Part shown: positions 19,015 to 26,868 of the stretch, piece after piece
How positions within the stretch are numbered: the stretch's first letter is position 1
Layout of the letters: each line of letters opens with the position of its first letter
Assembly (NCBI RefSeq): GCF_001545095.1
Contig: NZ_CP013213.1
Span: forward strand, 2,220,001 to 2,252,000
Source: Erysipelothrix larvae
Lineage (GTDB): Bacteria > Bacillota_I > Bacilli_A > Erysipelotrichales > Erysipelotrichaceae
Length of the DNA: 32,000 nt
Direction of reading: 5' to 3'
Position numbers and translations under genes: made by a program
The notes under the pieces: model-generated
Seen by the model: the letters and a program-made list of their open reading frames with translations, nothing else
What the model was told of the DNA's origin: nothing
Database searches by the model: none

Positions 19015-19200
19015 GAATGAAAAACAATAAACCGATGGGACATCGGGGATAGCTTGATAAATAAAAGTGACCGCTGGTCGACAGGAATGTCGATTAAGTT
19101 TGCTTTGTTCTCAAGAAGCCCCCACTTCGAGCGTATGCTAAGTGGCGGGTAGTTCACCAATCTTGTTTGTGATTCACAAATCAGATTAATCGGTTCAAAA
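19015..19200 (+). ncRNA. Candidate TnpB omega RNA (reRNA) scaffold / right-end region
   Basis: The region between the tnpB stop and the next terminator is non-coding and densely structured. Hairpins: CCGATG-GGA-CATCGG (19032-19046), GACC-GCT-GGTC (19068-19078), TCGACA-GGAA-TGTCGA (19078-19093), CCACTT-N12-AAGTGG (19122-19145) and TTTGTGA-T-TCACAAA (19166-19180). The 5' end may extend into the tnpB 3' coding region. Boundaries are not determined. Confidence 0.4.
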
Positions 19201-19203
19201 GCA

Positions 19204-19234
19204 AACAGCATCCGTGAAGTGATGCTGTTTTTTT
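19204..19234 (+). terminator. Rho-independent terminator immediately after the IS right end
   Basis: AACAGCATC (19204-19212) pairs perfectly with GATGCTGTT (19221-29), and the stem runs into a 7-nt T-run (19228-19234). Confidence 0.7.
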
Positions 19235-19347
19235 AACGACTCCTTACACCTGGATATATCTCAATAACCATAGAACTTTCGCTTTATTTTCTACCCTTTC
19301 CTTACGATAGCACCGATAAAAGTGTATAGAATTATTCTATAATTCGC

Positions 19348-19357
19348 GTGCTACAAT
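19348..19357 (+). promoter_or_regulatory. Extended -10 promoter element GTGCTACAAT upstream of surface-protein gene 2
   Basis: It is identical to 15312-15321. It is followed by the palindrome GGGTTTTAAAAACCC (19370-19384) and the Shine-Dalgarno sequence GGGAGG (19386-19391). Confidence 0.4.
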
Positions 19358-19397
19358 TATTTAAACGTTGGGTTTTAAAAACCCTGGGAGGAAGAAA

Positions 19398-21722
19398 ATG
19401 AGTGTAAAGAAACTAAAGTTCTTTTTAGTCGCTTGTCTTTCATTAGTTTTTACTACAAGTGGGATTATAGTAAAAGCCGATGAGAGTCATAGACTAACTG
19501 TTCATCATGTTGACACATATGGTGCACCTATAACGACTGATGATATATACTATGGATCAGCCGGTCAAAATGTGTCGCTAACAAAGCGTGGAGGAAATTA
19601 CTATATAACGAGTAACTCCTTGAATTACACATTCACGGATGAAGATGAACAATCATTAACAATCAACTATAAATCAAATGCCTATCAAGGCGCAAATGGG
19701 TTCTATTCAGTAGCATTTGAGTCGCTTTATACGATGACTCATTTTGATCCTAAATATGCAGAATTCAACGCAAACCTTGGATATTTCCCACAAATGGAAG
19801 ATGAAAAATTAATGCTCCAATTTGTTTATTCAGGCTCGGTTGTATCATCCGTCAATACAGTTATGGATGTTCAAATTCAAGTTCCAGCGAATAAACTTGA
19901 AATCACAAATGATGGTTCAACACGCATGTATATCGAACCTGTAGATTATTACGATGACCCTATCACTGGTAAACCCAGACCGAATATTATATACCTTTAC
20001 GAAGGAATGATTGAAAACACATATCCTGGTGCACTTGACCTTGAGGCATCTGGAATTAATGTTGAGTACTTATACTCAGAAGATAATGGACAAACGTATG
20101 TACCATTTGAAGCAGTTACAAACACAAATGTCACCCATATTATCGCGCGCATCAAGTTTTCAAAAGAACTCAAAACTGATATCTTTAGTCGAATCTATAT
20201 CATCAGTGATATTAGCACAAAGTTTATTGAGGAGAATTTATCCGATGATGAACTCAATGGTGTTACACCAATATCTGGATTTAAATATATATCTGCCAAT
20301 CTAAATGCTTCGCGTATCGTTTCACTTCCCACAAACATCACACTGATTTCTCCTGCAATCAGTGGACAAGTTCGTATCCAAGAAGGAAGTGAGCTTGATT
20401 GGGATTCAGCACTGCCACTTGAGAATATTTCAGTGAATATTAAAAGTACTGCTGATGGGGAAGTTAAAAACAATACCTATACCGATTCAAGTGGTGCATT
20501 CAGTATCAATAACATCGTTGGTAGCTTTAGCGATTTAAAAACATCCATAGATGCTAATGGATACAAAGCTTATATCTATACTCTTGATGATGACAATAAC
20601 CCAGTATATCTTCTTGGAGATACTGTCGATCAAAGTACTTACCCTAATTTATATACACCAATCGGACCGAATATTCATTGGAAAGATGATTCAAGCAGCC
20701 AATTCGCGATGTCAGCACGCGATATTCGATTCTTGCTTGTTAAGGATACAACGGAAGAAAATGAAGAAGAACAATACACCGTAACGTATCATTCACATGA
20801 GGACTCTGTAGGTGATGTACCAACTGACGCTAACCTCTATCTCAGTGGTGAAACAGCAACTGTAAAAGGTCCAGGCAATCTTTCTAGAGATGGCTATACA
20901 TTCAAAGGTTGGATTGAAGGTGGCGAAGCAGGTATCCAGTACCAACCTGGGGATATGATTGTTATGACACAAAACATCGATTTAATTGCAGTTTGGGAAG
21001 AGAATGAAACATTCACTGTTACCTATCGCTCACATGAAGATTCCACGGGTAATGTTCCAGTAGACACAAACCGCTATACATCCGATTCAAATGTAGTCGT
21101 AAAAGATCCTGGTACCCTCGCAAGAGAAGGGTATACATTTAAAGGATGGGCTGTAAATGGAATCGATGAAACACGATATCAACCAAACGATATTTTTGTA
21201 ATCACTTCAAACACCGAATTCGTTGCAGTATGGGAACAAAATCCTGATCCAGTTGACCCGGTTGATCCTGTTGATCCTGTTGATCCTGTTGACCCGGTTG
21301 ATCCTGTTGACCCGGTTGACCCTGTTGACCCGGTTGATCCGGTTGATCCTGTTGACCCGGTTGACCCTGTTGATCCAGTTGACCCGGTTGACCCTGTTGA
21401 TCCGGTTGATCCGGTTGATCCGGTTGACCCGGTTGACCCGGTTGATCCTGTTGATCCTGTTGATCCTGTTGATCCGGTTGATCCCGTTGATCCAGTTGAC
21501 CCGGTTGATCCTGTTGATCCTGTTGATCCTGTTGACCCCGTTGACCCTGTTGACCCTGTTAATCCGGTTGACCCTAAAGATACTGAAAAGCCACAGGTCG
21601 ATCTTCCAAACACGGGTCAATCACAACTATACTTGCGTATTGCGATGGGTTCAGTTGTGTTGGGAGGACTTCTAGTATCCGTTTCATTATTAAGAAAAAA
21701 AGCCGCTAAGAAAAAGTCATAA
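19398..21722 (+). CDS. LPXTG cell-wall-anchored surface protein: signal peptide, MucBP-like N-terminal module, two Listeria-Bacteroides (Flg_new-type) repeats, about 36 Pro-Val-Asp repeats, LPNTG sorting signal
   Basis: The start is refined to ATG at 19398 ([22 protein letters not shown]...), 6 nt after GGGAGGAAG; the track's TTG is at 19368. There are two DGYTFKGW...IAVWE repeats. The C-terminus is LPNTG, a hydrophobic helix, then RKKAAKKK. Confidence 0.9.
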   Translation: MSVKKLKFFLVACLSLVFTTSGIIVKADESHRLTVHHVDTYGAPITTDDIYYGSAGQNVSLTKRGGNYYITSNSLNYTFTDEDEQSLTINYKSNAYQGANGFYSVAFESLYTMTHFDPKYAEFNANLGYFPQMEDEKLMLQFVYSGSVVSSVNTVMDVQIQVPANKLEITNDGSTRMYIEPVDYYDDPITGKPRPNIIYLYEGMIENTYPGALDLEASGINVEYLYSEDNGQTYVPFEAVTNTNVTHIIARIKFSKELKTDIFSRIYIISDISTKFIEENLSDDELNGVTPISGFKYISANLNASRIVSLPTNITLISPAISGQVRIQEGSELDWDSALPLENISVNIKSTADGEVKNNTYTDSSGAFSINNIVGSFSDLKTSIDANGYKAYIYTLDDDNNPVYLLGDTVDQSTYPNLYTPIGPNIHWKDDSSSQFAMSARDIRFLLVKDTTEENEEEQYTVTYHSHEDSVGDVPTDANLYLSGETATVKGPGNLSRDGYTFKGWIEGGEAGIQYQPGDMIVMTQNIDLIAVWEENETFTVTYRSHEDSTGNVPVDTNRYTSDSNVVVKDPGTLAREGYTFKGWAVNGIDETRYQPNDIFVITSNTEFVAVWEQNPDPVDPVDPVDPVDPVDPVDPVDPVDPVDPVDPVDPVDPVDPVDPVDPVDPVDPVDPVDPVDPVDPVDPVDPVDPVDPVDPVDPVDPVDPVDPVDPVDPVDPVDPVNPVDPKDTEKPQVDLPNTGQSQLYLRIAMGSVVLGGLLVSVSLLRKKAAKKKS
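21246..21575 (+). repeat. About 36 tandem copies of a 9-nt unit (GAY-CCN-GTT) encoding D-P-V
   Basis: Read directly from the sequence and in frame within the surface-protein CDS. Units differ only at synonymous third positions (GAT/GAC; CCA/CCG/CCT/CCC), apart from one Asn (AAT) unit near the end. Confidence 0.92.
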
Positions 21723-21751
21723 TTTTTAAGCGAAGATATATCACTTAGCCC

Positions 21752-21790
21752 AATGCTCTTATCACGAAATCGTGGTGAGGGCATTTTTTT
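21752..21790 (+). terminator. Rho-independent terminator of surface-protein gene 2
   Basis: AATGCTCTTATCACG (21752-21766) pairs with CGTGGTGAGGGCATT (21771-21785), a 15 bp stem including 3 G-U pairs, followed by T7. Confidence 0.7.
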
Positions 21791-21794
21791 GCTT

Positions 21795-21823
21795 TAAAAA
21801 AGATGTGGTTTGATCCACATCTT
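21795..21823 (-). terminator. Rho-independent terminator of the HAD hydrolase gene
   Basis: AAGATGTGG (21800-21808) pairs with CCACATCTT (21815-21823). The plus-strand A-run at 21795-21800 gives a U-run on the minus transcript. Confidence 0.6.
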
Positions 21824-22632
21824 TAGATTAGTTTTGCATATTTAAACGCATTATAGAGTCCGTCATCACCAACTGAACTTGTAATCCAATCGGATACATC
21901 TTTTAGTTTCGGAGTTGCGTTTTCCATCGCAATTGACAGTTTTGTAAATTCAAACATATCGATATCATTATCACCATCACCAATAGAAACAGTATCTTCT
22001 TTTGACATGTTTAAATGGTTCAATAACACATCAATCGCATTTGACTTACTAACTCCTTTAATTGCAAGTTCACCACTTGTTTCACCAAACACTGCTACCG
22101 TAGATTGATGTACTTCATAATACGACTCAAACATTTCGCTAAGCTTACTAAATGGAAGTTCATGATTTCCCATAAAGCACACTTTATTTACATCGTTTCT
22201 CATTAATGATTGACCATCTCGCAGTGCTTTCACAAATGGATGTGAATCAAAATCATCCGCATAGTTCATCAGACCGCGCAAATGTTCGCGGTACCCTTCA
22301 CTAATATATAATCCATCGTTTGTTTCTACACAGTGATGAATACCATGTTCATTAAAGAATTTCAAGGTATAGTCTAAGGTATCCATGTCTACATGTTGAT
22401 GCATCACAACTTCTCCATCGGATTCGATGTATCCACCGCCTGCACCAATTATTCCATCAAAACCAACTTCTAAAATATGATCATAAATTTCTGTTTTTGA
22501 CCGCCCTGTACATAAGTAGAGCTTGTGCCCATTTTCTCGTGCGATTTTACACGCCTTAATTGCACTCTCAGGGACAATTTCACTCCCATGAACTAATGTT
22601 CCGTCTATATCAATAAATACTACTTTTTGCAT
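21823..22632 (-). CDS. Cof-type HAD-IIB family phosphatase/hydrolase
   Basis: HAD motif I is FIDIDGTL, motif II is the CTGR region and motif IV is GDGDNDIDM. The start is refined to ATG at 22630-22632 (MQKVVFIDIDGTL), 7 nt after GGAGG. Confidence 0.88.
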   Translation of the reverse strand: MQKVVFIDIDGTLVHGSEIVPESAIKACKIARENGHKLYLCTGRSKTEIYDHILEVGFDGIIGAGGGYIESDGEVVMHQHVDMDTLDYTLKFFNEHGIHHCVETNDGLYISEGYREHLRGLMNYADDFDSHPFVKALRDGQSLMRNDVNKVCFMGNHELPFSKLSEMFESYYEVHQSTVAVFGETSGELAIKGVSKSNAIDVLLNHLNMSKEDTVSIGDGDNDIDMFEFTKLSIAMENATPKLKDVSDWITSSVGDDGLYNAFKYAKLI

Positions 22633-22729
22633 ACAGTCCTCCATACCACCTAAACATAATACCAAGAAAATATGTGTAAAACAAACATCTTAGGTATATT
22701 GGTAATTAGTTTCAGACACCTGTATGGTT

Positions 22730-23701
22730 TTAGGGATTAAATGTATCGATTATTTTCAAATATGACATCACATCGGTTGTGTAAGCATTCAATATCGGAT
22801 CATCTTCGCTTGATTGCATTGTTTTAGTAATCACTGTGAAAGTGATATTTGAGTTTGGATTCAATCCATCGTAAACCCATTGTTCATAGTCTTGTGTGAT
22901 TGAAGGTGTAATCCAGAGTTCCACTTCATCATTATAAGGACTGTTTCGTTCAACATTAAGAATTGTTTCATAGAACACTGGCATTGACTGCGCATCACTA
23001 CGATACTTCACATGGAAAATAACATCATCATCTACAATGGATGTTTGTTCATCACCCGAATAGAGCACCAACGGGTTCACAAATCGTGCGCGTTCTAGTT
23101 TGTCTTGGTTTATATGCGTCACAACAACAGTATTGTTTCCAAATAACTTACTTGTGTATAATCGGTTTCCATCTGAATCTCGAAATACATATGTATATTG
23201 ATTAGCCTCTTCAATGCTTGTTTCAAATACTCCATCCGATTCTTTTCTTAACATATGCTCAGAGTCTGTGGGTTCAAGCTGTTTTGTTTCTTCATTTAAC
23301 ACCATCGCTTCAATGGTATCGACACCCGGTGCAACAATCAAAAAACGCTGTGTTGTTGCATCGAAGAATGCGTAAAACAATCGATTTAGCGCATAGTTTT
23401 CAATTGTTTGTGGGGGTGTCCTGAAATTATCGAGGGTTATGGCATTGATTGAATACTTGATTGGGTTGTGTTGGTTGATATTGATGGGTACCAACCCTTC
23501 TTCTGTTTCAATGAGTACCAACCATGTTAGGTTTTGTTTCTTCTGATACCTAATGGTAGCATCATCCAGACCTAACGCACGTATTGCGTCATGAATCGCC
23601 TGTAGTTTTGTAAAGTAAAACCCCGACAAGCGATATGAAACAAAGGTTGTGATGCATAGGAGCACTGTCAATAAGATTAGAATGCGTGATCTGCGTACCA
23701 T
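22730..23701 (-). CDS. Hypothetical protein with a single N-terminal TM anchor and a large extracytoplasmic domain; third gene of the PadR operon
   Basis: 323 aa. The N-terminus is MVRRSRILILLTVLLCITTFVSY. I recognise no family motif. Its ATG overlaps the stop of the upstream gene (TAATG at 23699-23703). Confidence 0.6.
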   Translation of the reverse strand: MVRRSRILILLTVLLCITTFVSYRLSGFYFTKLQAIHDAIRALGLDDATIRYQKKQNLTWLVLIETEEGLVPININQHNPIKYSINAITLDNFRTPPQTIENYALNRLFYAFFDATTQRFLIVAPGVDTIEAMVLNEETKQLEPTDSEHMLRKESDGVFETSIEEANQYTYVFRDSDGNRLYTSKLFGNNTVVVTHINQDKLERARFVNPLVLYSGDEQTSIVDDDVIFHVKYRSDAQSMPVFYETILNVERNSPYNDEVELWITPSITQDYEQWVYDGLNPNSNITFTVITKTMQSSEDDPILNAYTTDVMSYLKIIDTFNP

Positions 23702-24510
23702 TATGGTGCTCCTTTCAAATCTAGGGTAAAGATTTGGTCATGATTCATATCCACATATTGAAGGGTCACCTGACTGGGAATGGCATCGATATGATGAAGT
23801 ACTGCAACCCAATATGGCGAAACACCACTTCCACTAGTGAGATTGTCATCTGTCGTGTCACTAAACGCATCGGGCATGAAGCGTGTAAACGTGGTTTGAC
23901 GTTCATTGTACATGATGTTTGTAGCACTAAACACACTCGCACCGTAGGCATTTAAATCGCTCACACGCACTTGCCGTGCAAATAAAAGGACTTTGTTATT
24001 GTCCAGTAAGATGGCCCGTTCAACGCGCACTTCAACATTGCCTACAATAAAAGACGTGTCTTCTATTCTTATATCTTCAAGAACCTTAAAGTTTTCAAGG
24101 TTCCTGTTGATAAGATACTCAGAGTCTCTATATGAAATATTGAGTAACGCACCAACACGCTCAACAAGATACGGCATGATTGTCCATAAACATTGCCAAA
24201 CAATGAGAAAAACAAGGAGATTTCGAAGTCTTCGTGTCCAACGATTGTACAGTTTATCAAAGGCTTTCCCTATTTCTTTGGGATCCCCAAAAGCTTCAAT
24301 GGCTTTGAGCTCTGCTTGTTGCGGTGTATACCCTTCATCAATAAAATCTTCAATCCGATCTTCAAGATGTCCTTTCATCTCTTTTTGAACGATTCGTTTT
24401 CCCTGACTGTCTTTAATGTGAACAGTAATCTTCGCAAGGAAGATGTCACTTTTTGATGCATCCATAGGGTTAACTATTTTGGAATCGTGTGCTTGAGACC
24501 ACTTTCTCAA
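23701..24510 (-). CDS. PadR-associated membrane protein: DUF1700 / permease-prefix-like cytoplasmic N-domain, one TM helix, uncharacterised extracytoplasmic domain
   Basis: The N-domain HLEDRIEDFIDEGYTPQQAELKAIEAFGDPKEIGKAF is the pattern seen in PadR-adjacent DUF1700-type proteins. The TM helix is LLVFLIVWQCLWTIMPYLV. The start is uncertain: TTG at 24510 overlaps padR, and the alternative ATG at 24465 (MDASKSD...) lies 4 nt after the padR stop. Confidence 0.65.
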   Translation of the reverse strand: MRKWSQAHDSKIVNPMDASKSDIFLAKITVHIKDSQGKRIVQKEMKGHLEDRIEDFIDEGYTPQQAELKAIEAFGDPKEIGKAFDKLYNRWTRRLRNLLVFLIVWQCLWTIMPYLVERVGALLNISYRDSEYLINRNLENFKVLEDIRIEDTSFIVGNVEVRVERAILLDNNKVLLFARQVRVSDLNAYGASVFSATNIMYNERQTTFTRFMPDAFSDTTDDNLTSGSGVSPYWVAVLHHIDAIPSQVTLQYVDMNHDQIFTLDLKGAP

Positions 24511-24811
24511 CGGATTCTGAGAATTCTTTCCACACAGATTTTTCTTCTTGGAGCTGTTTATGTCCTAATCGCGTTAAGCCATAATATTTGCGGTCTTTTC
24601 CTGCCTCAGATGTCTTTGTTTTTGCATAAAGATACCCTTCTTTTTCCAAACGATGCAGAATTGGATATAAGGTTCCTTCTTTCATCTCAAAGACATGTTC
24701 AGATCGAGACTCAAGTTCCTTAATGATTTCATATCCATACATCTCACGCTCTGAAAGCAAACTGAGTAACATATATCGAGATCCTGTTCGTAACCATTCT
24801 CTATTATTCAT
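24470..24811 (-). CDS. PadR-family transcriptional regulator
   Basis: The winged-HTH core reads MLLSLLSEREMYGYEIIKELESRSEHVFEMKEGTLYPILHRLEKEGYL...YYGLT. The start is refined to ATG at 24809-24811, 6 nt after GAGGTG. Confidence 0.88.
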   Translation of the reverse strand: MNNREWLRTGSRYMLLSLLSEREMYGYEIIKELESRSEHVFEMKEGTLYPILHRLEKEGYLYAKTKTSEAGKDRKYYGLTRLGHKQLQEEKSVWKEFSESVEKVVSSTRFQNS

Positions 24812-24829
24812 ACGATCACCTCTACCCAT

Positions 24830-24864
24830 AATATACTATGTGTGTCTAGGTATGTCAACACATA
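24830..24864 (-). promoter_or_regulatory. Candidate padR promoter (TTGACA-17-TATATT) overlapped by inverted repeats (candidate PadR operator)
   Basis: On the minus strand the -35 is the reverse complement of 24853-24858 and the -10 is the reverse complement of 24830-24835. ATGTGT (24838-24843)-N14-ACACAT (24858-24863) and the nested TATGT-N4-ACATA (24851-24864) both overlap it. Confidence 0.45.
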
Positions 24865-24895
24865 AAAGGCTGAAACATGTGTCCAGCCTGATCCA

Positions 24896-26644
24896 TTACA
24901 TTTCTTGTACTGCGTTGATACCCAACACATTTAAATTATGTTCGATTACTTTATGCGTTGCTTTTAGCAGGTTAATCCATGATGTTTGAACTTCAGAATT
25001 TACTTCTTTCATGATGTTATGCTCCGCATAGAATTTCGCAAGCGCTGCTGCGATTTGATAGGTATTATCGGTAATATAGTTTGGAGCACCTTCATCCATT
25101 GATGCCATAAACTGCTCAGGATTACGTAGGAGCTTTAATACGAGGTTTCGTTGATGTTCACTGACAATTTGAGCCATTGGATGAATCAATGCAGGATCTT
25201 CATTCAAGCGTTTCAAGATTCCTATAATTCTGACATTGTTGTAAAGGATATAACTTCCTGTTTTACCTTCAAAGGATAAGAACTTATCCACATCAAAGAT
25301 GTAGTCAGAACTTGGATTGTTGATGAGGTCACCAAACTTAAGGGCAGCAACACCAATATCAAGCGCTGATTCATGATTCACATTTCGATCCGATTCTTCC
25401 AATTTTTCACGCGATGCATCTTCCACCTGTTTCAATAAACTTGATAGACTCATAACACCACCATCACGTGTCTTAAAGGGTTTACCATCTTGTCCATTCA
25501 TGGTACCAAATCCAAGAAACTTAAATTCTGTTGATTCTGGCACTAAATTTGCAAGACGTGCAACGCGGAAGACTTGTTCAAAGTGAAGCCCTTGACGTTT
25601 ATCCACAACATACCAAATCTTATTGGGTTTAAAGTCTTTTTGTCTTTGAAAAATCGTAGCAAGGTCCGTAGTTGCATAGATACTTGAACCGTCTGATTTC
25701 TCAACAATTACTGGAGGCATCGGTGACTTGTCTGTTTCCTTGATGACATCCACTACTTTCGCACCATCACTTTCGCGAATTAAATGCTTATCGTAAAGGA
25801 TTTCCATCAGTTGTGGGATGTAGTGATCCGCATCACTTTCGCCATACCAATAATCAAAGGATACATCTAATTTATCATAGTCTTTTTTAATATCACTGAC
25901 CGATGTCTTCACAATCAAATTCCAAAGCAAGGTATACCCTGGGTGACCATCTTGCAATCGCGCGGTTACTTCACGTGCTTGTGCTAAATATTCAGCATCT
26001 GTTTTTGAACGGGTGCTTGCAGTTGGATACACTTCATATAATAATTCAGGGGTTAATTGGATACTCTCATCACAATCACCGCCAAACCCTTCTTGGAAGC
26101 AATGCCACTCTGGATAGCGCAATTTCAGTTCATAGATTACAAGCCCCAAAGGCAGTCCCCAATCACCAAGGTGTACATCCCCAATCGCATTGTATCCACA
26201 TGCACGTGCAATTCGCTTTACAGCTTCCCCAATAACTGCAGAACGTAAATGTCCAACATGAAGTGGTTTTGAAACATTGGGTCCACCATAATCTAAAACA
26301 ATTGTTTCCCCAGCACCAATTTGTGGAACACCCACAAAAGCATCATTGATCATATTATGGAGACATTCAATTAAAAACGCATCGCTTACTGTAATATTAA
26401 TAAACCCTGGAGGCGCAAATGACGCTTCTTTAATTTTAGGATGTTGATTTAACACATCCACTACAGCTTCCCCAACTTCTTTAGGGTTCTTTCGTTGTGT
26501 CTTTGCGACAACAAATGAATCATTTGATTGAAATTGACATAAATCTACCCGTTTCGATTCCGTCACATGACCCACATCACCCTCAAATCCACACGCTTTA
26601 AAGGCGTCTTTTACAATTAATTCTAACTCCGTTTTTAGGGACAT
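24896..26644 (-). CDS. argS: Arginine--tRNA ligase
   Basis: 582 aa from ATG at 26644 (MSLKTELE...), 8 nt after GAGGT. The class I HIGH motif is PLHVGHLRSA, with an ArgRS-type N-terminal domain and a C-terminal anticodon-binding (DALR) region. Confidence 0.92.
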   Translation of the reverse strand: MSLKTELELIVKDAFKACGFEGDVGHVTESKRVDLCQFQSNDSFVVAKTQRKNPKEVGEAVVDVLNQHPKIKEASFAPPGFINITVSDAFLIECLHNMINDAFVGVPQIGAGETIVLDYGGPNVSKPLHVGHLRSAVIGEAVKRIARACGYNAIGDVHLGDWGLPLGLVIYELKLRYPEWHCFQEGFGGDCDESIQLTPELLYEVYPTASTRSKTDAEYLAQAREVTARLQDGHPGYTLLWNLIVKTSVSDIKKDYDKLDVSFDYWYGESDADHYIPQLMEILYDKHLIRESDGAKVVDVIKETDKSPMPPVIVEKSDGSSIYATTDLATIFQRQKDFKPNKIWYVVDKRQGLHFEQVFRVARLANLVPESTEFKFLGFGTMNGQDGKPFKTRDGGVMSLSSLLKQVEDASREKLEESDRNVNHESALDIGVAALKFGDLINNPSSDYIFDVDKFLSFEGKTGSYILYNNVRIIGILKRLNEDPALIHPMAQIVSEHQRNLVLKLLRNPEQFMASMDEGAPNYITDNTYQIAAALAKFYAEHNIMKEVNSEVQTSWINLLKATHKVIEHNLNVLGINAVQEM

Positions 26645-26673
26645 CCAGATTACCTCACTATTTTTTCTACTCA

Positions 26674-26702
26674 ATTATAACAACTTATCATCTACTTCAC
26701 AA
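26674..26702 (-). promoter_or_regulatory. Candidate argS promoter (TTGTGA-17-TATAAT)
   Basis: On the minus strand the -35 is the reverse complement of 26697-26702 and the -10 is the reverse complement of 26674-26679. It gives a short leader containing the ribosome-binding site. Confidence 0.45.
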
Positions 26703-26868
26703 GGTAAGGATTGATGAACTCTGGTTTCGATGATACCCTGATGCTTGATTTACTTTGAGAATTATGCCAAAGCACTTCCTACGATCTTTTCATCATGAGC
26801 ATATCCTGCTTAATTTACTTAAGGATTGCGGTTAATGGTTCATATCAACAGATAATTCAGGATACGAC

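Larger units (their letters stand above)
17375..19200 (+). mobile_element. IS200/IS605-family element carrying tnpA and tnpB; ends approximate
   Basis: A left-end hairpin AGAAGTC-TCC-GACTTCT lies at 17380-17396. The 9-mer AAGTGGGGG (17399-17407) is the reverse complement of CCCCCACTT (19119-19127), which lies in a right-end imperfect hairpin at 19119-19148. TATAAT at 17441-17446 precedes tnpA. tnpA and tnpB overlap by ATGA. Confidence 0.8.

Noticed and set aside
19011-19211. 66-aa ORF on the minus strand downstream of tnpB
   Set aside because: It has no ribosome-binding site and lies antisense across the hairpin-rich IS right end / candidate omega RNA. The composition fits non-coding structured DNA.
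19368-19397. N-terminal extensions implied by the ORF-track starts (19368 TTG, 22665, 24829, 26674, 30712, 6187, 17471 GTG, 11601 TTG)
   Set aside because: In each case an internal ATG has a properly spaced GGAGG/GAGG-type ribosome-binding site and gives a canonical N-terminus (signal peptide, lipobox, HAD motif I and so on). The extended start lacks a ribosome-binding site or overlaps the upstream gene.
21179-21675. Three overlapping ORFs (GSTGSTG..., NRINRVN..., LTRLILL...) and a CRISPR-like short periodicity
   Set aside because: The periodicity is 9 nt with no spacers and is in frame with the adhesin CDS (DPV repeat). It is not a CRISPR array, and the extra ORFs are repeat artefacts.
26645-26868. 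Possible T-box leader upstream of argS (224-nt intergenic region before an aminoacyl-tRNA ligase)
   Set aside because: Reading the minus strand, I find no T-box core (GGTGGTACCGCG-like), no specifier-loop/terminator-antiterminator arrangement and no U-run terminator. A good TTGTGA-17-TATAAT promoter sits only about 30 nt from the start codon.
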